Source: Amoebophrya sp. A120
Taxonomy: Eukaryota > Protista > Dinoflagellata
Assembly: GCA_905178155.1 (NCBI GenBank)
Contig: CAJINV010000002.1
Coordinates: 1,919,216-1,983,215 of the forward strand
Length of the DNA: 64,000 bases
Direction of reading: 5' to 3'
Within the stretch, counting starts at the first letter, position 1, and each line of letters starts with the position of its first letter. Shown one piece after another: positions 12,121-24,900 of the stretch. A program made the position numbers and the translations under genes. The notes beneath the pieces are model-generated. The model was not told where the DNA came from, searched no databases, and saw nothing but the letters and a program-made list of their open reading frames with translations.

Positions 12121-13252
12121 AGTTGGCTGGTCATCGACGTGCAAAATTTATCGGGAACCACCGACAAACCCCAAGATCGTCCTCCTATTTACCCAGATGC
12201 AGGCAACTGGGTCTATTACTTGAACAGCCAGAACACTCATACAGAATTTCATTGCGCACCAGCTGTGCCAAGCTGCAATCCACCTCGCGAAGAGGTTCTG
12301 ATTTTAGTATGTCAACATGTGTTTGTATAGGATTTTTATGTACAACAACAGCAGTTCTTCAACATCATCCCAAAGAATCTCATCGAAACCCACGGCACAA
12401 AAATTGATTTTGTGAAGCGGACCCGAGTCGTTTCTTGCCGTTTGTAGTCCTATCTGTGCATTTTTGATCGCTGTTACAATGCTTTACACATGACTATAGA
12501 GATTGCTCAATTTTTGTTGACATCTAAATCTCAATACAGGAAACAAGGTATTACTACGATAAACCATTGCTAAAAACTGCTACAACCTCCTCTATTCTCT
12601 ACGCCCAATTAATATTAAGGAGTTGCATTTGCTTTGTGATAAACTGACTCTGATTTACGGTGTGATAAAAACATCGTGATAAACTGATTCAGATTCTGAT
12701 GATTTGTACCAAAGAGTATAGGATCTATCTGTCTGACATTTTTTACTTACTCGGGACGAGTTTTAGAAGCAAATCAAAGTAAACGACTCTTGCTGTTTCT
12801 TCGTGAGGTAGTACTTCTTTAAGGCACGCGAGTCGCTAGTTGAGTCCTCTCAAGAACCGCTGTAGCAGATTTTCAATGCCCAATGCGGCGGTCTTGGGAT
12901 TTGTTTGTGATGTAGTAGGACAGCGCATCATCAGCAGCGTGTTTTAGTTTTTCTGGTGCAAGTCCTATGGAAAATAATTTCAATGTCGCTGACATTCATC
13001 TCATCTGATGGGAAGATTTCGTTTCGACTCAAACTATTTTACTTGCTTCGTCTACCCATGCAGGTGCTTCTTGCCCTTGATAATCTCAAAGCAGGAGCAG
13101 GATTAAAAAATTCAGTATAGAAGTCGTCAAAATCGGATCAGAGTCGTGGTTTACAAAAGGTAGTCGTGGTTGTGCGGGATCCCGATTCTATTTCTACTAT
13201 GTCGTGTAGTCTGTGTCTGTCATGCGAAACAGCAACGGTACCACACAACTAC

Positions 13253-14489
13253 TTACGCGGTGGCCTGTTGCATGTAGGCAATGCAGTCCGCACGCTCCTT
13301 CTCCTTCTTCATACCGGCGAAGACCTGGTGGTCACGTGTTGCGTTTTTTGCATCACAAGTTTAATTCCTTTCATTCTTCTTCACAAAAGTTGTTCATCAG
13401 TACGCGTGCATGAGAAAGCAATTTCAACATTAGCATTACGTGTCTATGCATGACAAAAAATCATGCCATTTATACCATCTTCGTTCCTGGAATGTAGGCC
13501 TTGGGGTTGACCAGAAACTGGTCCATGTGTGCCGGGCTCCACATAATCTCTGCCTCCATATTGGCCTCGGAATACCTTTGAATTTTGATTGGTTTATATT
13601 TATATGCACGACATATTCGTTTTTTGTTTTTCCACGCGAAACAAATTCAAGTTCAAGTCAGTACGACCTCCATAGTTGGGCTTGTACTTGCTGCTATCCA
13701 TGACAAAAATCTGTATACTGGTATCCCGCGGTGCTTCCGCTCTTGCGGCTGAAGATCTTGTATGAACTGCAAAAGTATCGCACTCGTATAAATGCATTAC
13801 AAATTTCCTCAGCATGAGAGATAAAATTTGTAATGCGGATTCACCTTAACAAAAAGATTTGTAATGCAAGACTTGCATTTATACGAGCACGATACTTTTG
13901 CACAGGATATCTTGTTCAGATTTGGGCCGGACTTGGACTGACCACCTGCTTCTACGGTGTGGCATATGGATGTGTCAGAGTTGAAATCGACAAAGTTGAA
14001 ATAATTTGTCATGCATAAAATGGATGCCAGTTGGAAACCAGATTCTAAATGGCGCATGACAAATTTCGGCGGTCCCTAAATCCAGTTTGTCATGCTGTTG
14101 AGGCAAAGAAGAGTGATTTTCTCATGCTACTCTAGCAGCTCGAGCTGTAAGTGTAACCCCAAGCAGGCATATAATCGGCCTCACTTACCTGCTCCGCAAC
14201 ACACGTGCCGCGGGTCATGCATTTTATGCATTACAAATTTATTTCAACTTTGACGATTTCGATCCTGACACATCCATATGGCACTGTGCGCACTTAGACT
14301 TGAAGATCTTGGCGCCCTGGGGTATTTATTTTTTTTGTGTTGCGATTCGGATTCGGATTCCCATTCCTTGCATGACAAAACAAGTTTCTCATGCGCAGGT
14401 GCACTGCAGACTAAGATACATGAAAATTGAATTCCCTGTACCTTCTTGGCATCGCCTTCCGGCACGGTGACATTGGGTTCCGGCTTCAT
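13253..14489 (-). CDS. Mitochondrial cytochrome c (114 aa), 6 exons; only fragments appear in the ORF track
   Basis: Spliced: [114 protein letters not shown]. GT-AG introns 14317-14441, 13576-13718, 13325-13475; introners 13965-14278, 13761-13909. Confidence 0.96.
13761..13909. mobile_element. Introner family B (149 bp)
   Basis: TIR tatgaactgcaaaagtatcg; TSD tcttg/tcttg. Confidence 0.92.
13965..14278. mobile_element. Introner family H (314 bp), inside the CAQCH codons
   Basis: ~55-bp imperfect TIR tatggatgtgtcag..aaagttgaaataatttgt; TSD tggca/tggca. Confidence 0.92.
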
Positions 14490-15986
14490 GATTTGTGTTG
14501 GGGTTTGTTCAAACAGTACTACACGTGTACTTCTTTTTTGTTTTGCCTTGTTACAACGTTGACACCGTAGAGGTCGTGCTTGTACAGTACTGTCCTTGTC
14601 CACCTACACAACTAAATCAGAAATTTCAAATTTGGTTGTTTCACGTTGGTCGTTGTTTCCAGAGATGAAAAGATGATGAAACCTCCTAGAATGGATGAAG
14701 TAAGTGTTAGTCCGTCGGTCGGTAGGAATGGGAGAGGTTATATGGTACACGTTCTTCTGGTTGATTTATTTTCCGCTCTATTACTTCTAGTACGGAGAGT
14801 TGAGTCGTTTAAGGTGCTAAGTTTTTAGGCAGTTTCAAGAAGTAGAACTCTACTACCGAATAGTGACTACTAGTCTATGAATACTGCTCTGGGGAGGCGA
14901 TAATTATCGGGGTAGTTGCTTTTCGCGTTACTAGGTAGGCTGTACAACTTGGAGTGCGGGTTCCTGCTTCTGTGGTATTGTTTTCTTTAGTACGGCAAGT
15001 GATTTCGTGTGCTTTAGCTCCTTGAACAAAAAATAAGCCAATAGCAGTAGAACTAGCCCCTAGTCTCATTCTCTCGTAGTTGGCTGATTTAGTACCAGAG
15101 ATTTTTTCTTTCGTGCAAGAAGAAAGTCCAAAAAAAGCGACCGAGCCATGATTCTCGTCCATGTGAAAGATCTAAGTACTTCATCTCTCCTTTCTCGAAG
15201 ATTTTCTGTGCGTTCTGCAAAAAAAAATCGAACACGACGCGTTCTACCGTCGCGTTGAAGTGTTTTTCTTCGCGGCAACAGCGGTTGTGCCGTTCGCGCA
15301 TGCGCTTGCGTGTAGCGCATTCCGGCCTGTTTCACAAACACAATCTTCCATCCAAAAAGCATACAAATTTTGTTCACGAAACAACTCGGTCTTTTTGTAT
15401 TCATTGCTAAAAGCAGGTAAGTATCTGCCTCAATCTCTGTAAGTGTCTCCTTGTCTTGTGATGCGGTGATAAAGTTTCAAAGTCAAACGAAAATTGAGAA
15501 ACAAGACACTTTGAAACCGAAAGAGCTGCAGCAAGGCATATCAAAGAGCGCGCTTTCTATCGTAGTCTTCATTTCTCCTTGCAGCTTCTATGCAGGATAT
15601 TCGATAAAACAGATGTCACCTGTCGCAGCTTGGAATATCTTCGATACAGTTTAATTTTACAACAAATTGATAGTGTTACAGGGCATTACTACAATGTCCG
15701 CGTCCGAGCGAAAAGGTACACTAGATTGTCTCGCATATCATAAAGCTTTTGGATTATACGTTGAAATAAGGTCATCGATAGATACAGCTGAATTCATGTC
15801 AAAGTCAAACAATATTCAAAAAATTCGCATAGGAAAGTAAGTCACTTATATCAGGCGTGTATCTTTTCAATTTCATTCGTTTTTTTGTTCTCGTGTGCAC
15901 CATGATTCATTTTTGTTGGTGCGGTATCAAAGTTTTCCTTCGTCCGATTTCGTCGAGCAAGCCAAATTCACGACGACAAAATCGCC

Positions 15987-18900
15987 TCACAACGTCCCAT
16001 ACCCCGTCACTCTATCAGAGGACCCCGGCGACCTTTCCTGATTTTTCAACAACCGGTTTGGAATGAAGATCGGCACACTCGCTCTACTGCTTCCCCTGGT
16101 CGACGACGTGTGCTGCATCCTCCCAGGACCACCCGAAGTGGAAGTTGCGCCTTTGCTGTTCTCCCGACTGTGCGCAGTGTCCGAGTTGCTTGGGCTCGCC
16201 GAATTCAGCCGCACGGGGATCCTAACCGACTGCTCGCCCAGCCCCGCGCCCGCGTTGCCAAAGCCATCCCCCTCCGTTGCGTCGCCGAGCTGCATTTGGT
16301 TACTAGTCGACATGATGAGGTGCTTGGTATTGCTGTTGTGGTGGTGGTCCATGTAGGGGCTCCCAAGAACTCCTGTTCCAGTTGCAGAGGGGCTCCTGCT
16401 AATATTCATAGGAGAACCGGCTCCCCCCATACGCTTCGACTTCGCCTTCGCAAGTTCGTTCTTATGACAGTGCACAACCCCCCCCTCCCCCTCATTTGTA
16501 TAGCATGAACGGCAATTCAAGCAGCAGCAAGAATGCCGGTTTTGCATGAGAAATTTGCGCTGGAGTGTAGTGCTATTTGGGCTGCCAGAACTTGTCATGC
16601 AAACAGTACCAAGAGGCAAAGCAGGGTGGATTGGTTATTTTGCATGACAAATGAGGGGGAGGGGGAGTTGTGCACTGTCATAGTTCTTCGTGTAGCGCCA
16701 CAACGCCACGGCGGAGAAGATGAAGGCGAGAATCCCGACCCCGAAGTATGCATTGCAAAAATGTCAGGGTCTGGAAACTTGTAATGCTAAAGGTGAATCA
16801 TGATGGACGCACTGCAATACGCAGCTATGCATGACAAATTTTTTGGCTGCCATGTGTTTGTGTTACGTATTCCGCATGGCAAACTGCATTTTTGCATGAC
16901 AGGTAAGAGGGGCTTTTCGTGCATATGCAACACAGAATCTCGAGTCATGCCAGACAAGCATGACAAACTTGCATTCTTCCAGACCCAGACATTTTTGCAG
17001 TTGATACGAAGAAGGTTTCGACGATGGCGGACAGGTAGTATTTGTGATCGGGGTTCGGGATGGACCCGGTTGCTCTATCGTAAGGAAAAATCTCCCCTCC
17101 CCATATTGAAAACGCATGCGCCTGAAAATTTGTGATGCAGATTTGTGACCACAACTCCTGTTTGTCTTGCAAGAAGGCAACTCTAGAAATTTGACCGCAG
17201 TATGTAGGCGGTTTGTGATGCTGTTGGGTCTACAGCGTAGACGTTTGTCATGCTAGGCACCTACGTCAAAACCTCTCGCCTCAGGCTCGGCATATGCCTG
17301 CAGTCCTCTGCTGCAAGACAAATGTGATCTGTGTATCCAAATCCAGCATCAGAAGTTTCGTTTTGATATGGGGAGATGGGATTTTTACTTTTGATATCCT
17401 CCACTCAAACTTCGCGGGTCCGGGGTGAGGGAAAGATCGTTTACATCGGCTCCTGCATTATTCATCATTCTCGGTGACATCAGCTGATCACCAGCGTTCT
17501 GTCCGCTAACTTGGCCGCCTGCTGGAGTGGTGACGCCTGTGGCTGTGGTTCCGGTCGCTGTACCTGAACCGTTTTTATTCGCCTCTTCCTTCTTCTGTTC
17601 CTCCGTTTGTGCTGGAGGTTTACTCGCCTTCCGCACCCGCACAGCGTCCGCTACGACGCTCAATTCCACGGAAACTTCCTCGGTTTGCGAATCTGCGATT
17701 TTCCGGAGATAGTCTTCGGTGAAGAGATACTGGTAACCGTCCCCGTTGATGGACTCCTCAACGGTCACTTTCACCGAAGTCGCGTCTGCACCAGTTGCAC
17801 TACCCGTAGTTCCAGGCGAAGACACTCTTTTCGCCCGCATCTCCTTCCGCAACACCAACCTGACGTGGTCGTTCTCGAAATATTTCCGCACATTTCCAAC
17901 AGATAAAGTCCCCGCGGGGAAAATGGAGTGGGCGAACTTGCCGAGGAACTGGATCTTCAACTGCTCTATCAAGTGCAAAAGTGTCTGGGTCTGGAACAGT
18001 GCATGCTTGTCATGCTTGCCTCGCATGACTGACTCTTGAATCTGTCATGCACGTTACCCAGGAGCTCTGTTTTTCTGTGATGCACAAACGCAGTCTGTCA
18101 TGCAGAATAGGCAATACCTAGAAGCTCAGAAACCTGCCACGCTGAGCCAGCATTTGTGGCCTCATCATGAGACGCCACCCCGCATGATCACAAGTTTCCA
18201 GACCCAGACATTTTTACATTTGATATGCTCCGAATTCCACTTTTCCGCCAACAAAATCCGCGGGACCTCCCAGTCCACAATTTCGCCCTGGATTTTCCGG
18301 ACTTTGAGCGTGATGAGATTCGGGACGAGGATGGGCTTATTTGTATTGCTGGTATCGGACGAAGACATTGCCGCGCCGCCACCGTTGTGCATCCCGTGCT
18401 TCGGAAAAGAGTCAATCGCGACGTGGTACTTCAGCAACTTCGGTTTGTCATCCGGTTTCGCGAGCGGGAAAGAGAAAATCTCGGATAAACACTCGTCCAC
18501 CATGCGGTCGTCCGAAACATGGGTGACGTCATCGTAGAGTAATGGGAAGTCTTCGGCGTAAACGGAGGAAGGTTTGCACACGTAGTCCGGGGTGAGTGTA
18601 GCAACAGCAGCGTCTGAAGTAGATGCCGCTTGTTCTTTCGGCTTCTTGGTAGTTGTAATCTGTTCCTCGTCAGAAGACTGACCTTCTTCTCCTTCGGCAG
18701 GTTCCTCCTCTGCTGCTGTTACACTGGGATACAACGCGAACAATCCCATTCTCGCGAACTCAAGTCTCCCATGTTCCGGCGGCGCGAGAGCGGACTGGTC
18801 CACCAGCATCATGAGAAACGCGTCCCGAAGTCGCATGTATGCAATGCAAAAGCAGCGCGCTAGTGGTAGTTGCAGTCATGCATGACAAATTCAATTTTCG

Positions 18901-21900
18901 ACCCTAACTAGCATGACAAGTTGCACTTTTGTTTTATTGACAAAATTTGTAATGCAATTTCTCCTAGTACGATACTTTTGCAATGCATAGCATGTAACTC
19001 GGATCCAAAGTCGCGTCGGAGAGCAGTGGTTCGGTAGTCAAGTCGCGGGAGAAATCTCGCTCGTCGTCCTCATCATCATCCTCGTCGGACTGCAAGACTT
19101 CGTGGCTCTTGCTGTCATAATTTTCGTTTTTGTTTTTCGAAGAAGAGTTCTTGCTTTTCCCGGAACCTCATCAAATGCAAAAATGTCTTGGTCTGGAAGA
19201 ATGCCAGACTTGTCATGCAGATTTTCTATGACCCATCGGGTGCGGGTCTTGTTCTGGTATGTAGGACATAGCATGACAAATTCTGTAAGAGTTCTATCGT
19301 GCCTATCCTGCATGAGAAACTGCCTCGCGAGTAGGTCAAAAGTGGACAGCTTTTGGTAATCATGCAACACAGATTTTTACATGATTCAGATTTAGCATGA
19401 CAAGTTGCTTTGTTCCAGACCCAGACATATCTGCATTCGATAAACCTGTGGTTTTCTTCGTATGCTGACCGCTGCTCCCTGCGTCCGCACCTTTGTCTTT
19501 GCCTTTCTTTTTATTCTTCCCCCCGATTTTTTGCAGTCGTTTCCACTTCCCGGAAATCCGGCCCGGGCCGACGGAGGTGATAAGAGTGCACAACCCCCTC
19601 TGTCTCCGCCAAGTTTGTAATGCAGGATACCAAGTCCACATCTTGCCTCTAGGCTCTCTCTGCATGGCAGATTTTGGAACCTCAAACTACAGTAGTACAA
19701 TCCGTGTGCAGATTTGTCATGCGGAACGCACATTTCTCCCTCTGTCTGTGTTGCTGCTTTTCGTGCCCTTCAAAAGAGGGGGAAGGGGGATTGTGCACTC
19801 TCATAGAAGTGACCGTCGTGCCGGAGGTCGTGGGGTCTGCGGTCGTGGCTTCTACCTCATCCTCGTGACTAAACTTCCTCTTCGTCCGGTGTAACGCGAG
19901 TTTCATGTCCTCTAACGGGATATCCAGTGCAAAAGTACCGTACTCGTACTTCTAATCGCAGTCATGCATTACAAATCTCGTTTCCAAGCCAAATCAGCAT
20001 GATAAATTCCATTTGTCGTGCTGGGCTAATTTGTAATGCGATTTATACTAGTACGATACTGTTGCAGTCCATACGGGAGCGTCACATCCGGCAGTTGGGC
20101 CATGATCGGCAGCGTAAAACGGATATTCCCGCGTTTGTCCTTTTCTGGACCTGTTTGTTGTGGCGTTTGTTCTTTTCCATCTGCGGCTTGTTCCTTCTCG
20201 CTTTTCACATCATCTACAGTTGTATCTGCAGCGAGAGCAGCGGCTTTCAGTTTTTCTTTCACCAAATCCTGCCAACCATCCTTGTCCGCGTCGCTCACCT
20301 TCACGTCAGTCGGGTCTGTAGTTCCGCTGCTTGTAGTTGTCTTCACCAAGTATTTCTTCAGCTCCTCCACTTGCACTTCCGTCTCCCCCAGAACGCTCTC
20401 CCCCCACCAGGCGAGCAAATGGTTTTTCCACAGCACACTCAGATCCACAGCCCCCAATTTCTCCTCGATCTGACTCTTCGCAATCACCAAATCCGGAAAC
20501 ATCACACGACTGCTGCCCCCCGCCGCTTTATCTTCTCCCTTTTCGATCAATTCCGTCGGGGCGGCGTTTAGGGTCAAAAATCGTTTCTCCTCGACTGTAG
20601 TGAAAATCGTAGATGATTCACCCGATCCTTTCGGTTATCCTGTGCAAAAGTATCGCACTCGTAGTAAGTGCATTTATGCATTACAAATCTCTTTCTCAAG
20701 GGAAATCAGCACCATTACAAATTCAATTTGTAATACTGGGCTAATTTGTAATGCAATACATACTAGTACGATACTTTTGCATTGCATATCGGTAAGAGTC
20801 CTTTTGCAACAGCCTTTTCCGGTCTGATCAGCGGGTAGTTGTTCCCCATGTTGCAGACGATCTCCCCCGCGAATTTGAAGTTTAGATTTTTGTACTGCTC
20901 CTCCGTAAATTGCATGTTCGCGGGGATCCCTTGGACCAGGTTGTGCTTCCCGAAAAAGGTTTTTCGTTCCCAAGGCGAGGACGCTTTGCTCAGGCTAAAC
21001 CAGTTGGAAGATGGTGAACCTTGTTCCTCTTCTACTTCATGCTCCAGTAAATCAATCGTCGGGAGGTTTGCAATCGAGTTATCCGCCACGGCGAAGCTGC
21101 CCTGTCCGAACGCCGCCTGGCAAAACCGCGCGGTCTTTTCCAAATTTTCCGTGATCTTTCTCGTCGCGCGGGTCCGACGGGACAGGTAAACGGACGGGAA
21201 AACGTTTGCGAGTAGTTCTTCAGACTGGTCGTGTTTTTCTTGTTCTTCCTTCTTCTCGATCACAACAGCGCCGGTTGTCGTGATCGTTGCGCTAGTTGTG
21301 GCAGCAGCAGCTTCCGGCGCAGTAGAAGTTGTACTACTACCCGATTTTTTGTTTCCCGCCGCTGCAGCACTACTAGCTGCAGTATCCGCCAAGACCACTG
21401 GCAGTGCCAACTTCGATCTGGCATCTCTAATCCGGAAGTTCGCAAATCCCTGGTGATTCGGTAAAAAATAGGCCGTGACCAAAATCTTCGCAACTGTTCT
21501 CCGCAGCAATCCTTTCGCGATCACGTTTGTGCAGAAGTCCACCATTTCGTTCCCATTTTGCTTCGTTCCAAACTCATCAAAGGAAAAAACCACGAAGCAC
21601 TCCACCTCATCCGACCGCGGCGTTTTGAAAAATGTCTGCATCGACGCGTGGAGAATTTTCTGCAGCCGGGTCACGAATATCAAATGCAAAGATCGATGTC
21701 TGGGTCCGGAAACTTGTAATGGTGCATTGGGAATAGTGAATGCTCTGTAATGCACAGCTACGCATGAGAAATATTTACGCGGCTTCGCGTTAGCTTTTCC
21801 GCATGACAAACTGCGTTTTTGCATGCCAAGCAAAAGGCGCTCTTCTTGGACACGCATTACAAACTCTGCAGTCATGCCAGACAAGCATGACAAACCTTGG

Positions 21901-24900
21901 TGCATCCTACTTCCAGACCAAGACATTTTTGCAGTTGATAGCGAACCCCTCATCGTCGCATTGGTCCTTGCTGATGAAGTATTCCCTGCCGTTATGCAAC
22001 AAAAAAACTGTGTAAGTGTAAGTCTGTGATGCAGGAAGTCCAAAACTGTATACGCTTGTCATGCTGGATGTGCGTCATAGGCAACTTGCATACGTGTTTC
22101 CACCTACTAGCTGCGCATGCCAGGTTTTCCCTGTAATGCAAAACGAATTTGTGATGCTGTTCTTCCTACAGAGTTACACTTACACAGTTTTTTTCCTGGA
22201 TAGGCGTCGCGCACCTCAAACTTCGTATCTGGGATCAAACTGGTCCACGGAAAGGCCCCGTTGAACTGCCGCCGTTCTTCCTTATCGGTATCCTGTGCAA
22301 AAGTATCGTATTCGTATTGCAATCATGCATTACAAATTTTTTTCTGAAGCTAAATCCGCATTACAAATTTTTTTTCTCATGCTGAGACATTTGTCATGCA
22401 TTTATACGACGAGTACGATACTTTTGCAATGCATAATCGGCGAAGAGAGATGATTTTACCCCCAGCTGCCGGAGCTCGATCGGGACAAAGTCAGTTTTGT
22501 GGTCTTTGATGTACAGCATGACCTCGGTTATCCCACGAAAAAACTGTTTCACTGTGATGGTTTTGCAAGATCCGCATCACAAGTTTGCTACACATGACAC
22601 AGAAAATTTGCCATGCGCGCTTTCCAAGGGAAAACACGCTCAAACATCCAATGCCTTGCAGGTGTAGCAAGACAAATGGTTCTGTGTTCCATTCTCTGCA
22701 TCACAAGTTCACAGTGAAACAGTTTTTTCTTGCGATATCGGTTTCCTGTCGCTTAATCGCTTCTTTCGCGTTGAATTGCGGAAAAGGTTTCTTCATAGAA
22801 TTCACCGGAACCGCCGTTGTAGTGGTGATCGGTTTATGCATTACAAAAGTATCGTACTAGTAGTAATTGCATTACAAATTTGCTTAGCATTACAAATGAA
22901 ATTTGTAATGCGGTTTTACCTTGGGAAGGAGATTTGTCATGCACAACAGCAATTACTACGAGTACGATACTTTTGCAATTCATACGGTTTTTCATCATCT
23001 TCCGGGATGTAGTCCAAAATGTTGTTCAAGGTCGTTCCGTCCCCCACGTATTTCCGGATGAACTGCCCTGTTTTCGCGTCGATCATCAACAGCGTCGGGT
23101 ACCGCTTGATCTGCACCGGGCACTCGTTGTTCTGTTGCAAATCGGTGCAGGGGAATTTTCGTAATGGTTTCTCCACTAACTTGAAATATTCCCCCTCCGT
23201 CGTGAATTTCTTCCCGTCGATTCCGTTCCGCGGTAGCATGTACCAGGGCATTTTCAAGTTCCAGTAACTGACCCCGTCCTCCCATTTGCTATCGTGCGCG
23301 ACAAACACAATCTCGGTGTCCTTCAACAGCCCATCATTGTACCACTCTGCGAGTTGCGGGGTGAACCGCTGGCAACAGGGGCAGCCCGTGTAGGCGAAAT
23401 AGAGGATGACCACCTTCTTCTTCGTTCTTTCCGGTGGTAAAAAAACACTGTCTGTGTCCACCACAATCGGCCCTTTTTTCGTCTCCTCTTCGGAAACTTG
23501 CTGGTGGGATTGCGTAATGTCGTTCGCATCGGGGACTAAGTTGTTCGCGAGAGGGTGGTGCTTGTGTAGTTTTTCCCCCAGTAACCGCACGTAGGGGTTG
23601 GTGGAAACTGTTGTGGTTTCTGTATTTGTCGTTTCTTCCACCTCTTTGTTGGGATCAATTTTCGTCGCACCGGGCAAATAGCTGGTTTGCAACCTCGTTC
23701 CGTCCAATGGGTTCTTCCGCTGCACTTGGAGCTTGATGAACAGTGTCTGGTGGTTCGGTTTCAGGAACTCAGAAATCTGCGTCGTAGTTACCGGCTGCGT
23801 TGATGTGCTGCTGTCGGAGCCTTCTTGAGCAGCGAAAATCTCCGTCCACGTATCGCTGTTCTGCACGCCCACATCAAATGCGGCGCTGGCTGGACTGTTG
23901 GAAAACGTCGTGGCAGTTGTGCCGCCGGACACCGCTGGTTGCGGAAGGAAGTTCGCTGGGAGAATCGATACATCAGACGCGTGGATGGAGAGAACTTGCT
24001 GCACATAGTCCGTTTCCTTCAAAGTGCCGAACAAAGTTTCCACATTTTCGTTCTGGTACACATCGGAATTCGCGGCCGTCTCATCGTCGTCAATAGCGGA
24101 AGTGGTCGTGGCCGTTTTCGCCTTTGTTCCGCTATGGTCATCTTTCGGAGGTAAAACCGGTTGGAGCAAAAAGGCCCCGAGTTTTTGCCCGTACAAGTCA
24201 GAAAGGTTGGCATGCTGGGCGGAGTTCGGAGCTGCAGTAGTTTTTTCTTTGGAAAGACTTTCCTTGTCGCTACTCGTAGCCCCGTGCTCCTCTTCATACG
24301 GCAAGACGGTTAAATCCTCCCGTAAGGTCCAAAAAGCCGCGATCAAGGCCTCCGCGAACGTTTTCGGACTGCACGTGATCGAAGAAGCGATAGCCACACC
24401 CGGGGAAGAAGAAGTCAAACCATTCGTGGCATCACTGACCGTTTTCAAACTCGTGAAGATCTCGTCCTGCTCATCCGTACTGATCTCCGTGTCGCCAAAA
24501 TTGGTACAGATCTCGTCGTTAACGCTGCATTTGGGGAAGGAGATTGCCGATGCGGCCGATGATCCAACACCGGTGTTCATCTGCATGGAACCAGCGGAAG
24601 AGGATCCAATTGTGAAGCAGGGGTGACTCAATCTTATCGGTTGGTGGAAGATGTTTTTTCCGTTCCCGTTCACCAGATCTTCTTCGTAAAAGACCACCGC
24701 CTTCATCATCGCAAACAACCCCAACTCGTCCTGGAGCCGGGACCGGACGGAAATTACTTGGTCTTCTTGGTCCTTGGCATTCTTGTTCGCAGTTGTCCCA
24801 GCAGCAGTTCCTGTTTGTCGTGATGAAATTGGCCCACTGCCGTTGTCCGTTTTCGTAAGGTATCCGAGTTTCCCCGCCGCCTTGACCACCGCGACAGTTT

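Noticed and set aside
15987-22984. CRISPR-like alternation of repeats and unique sequence
   Set aside because: The repeats are paired inverted termini with TSDs, the spacing is irregular, the intervening DNA is exonic, there are no cas genes and the context is eukaryotic.
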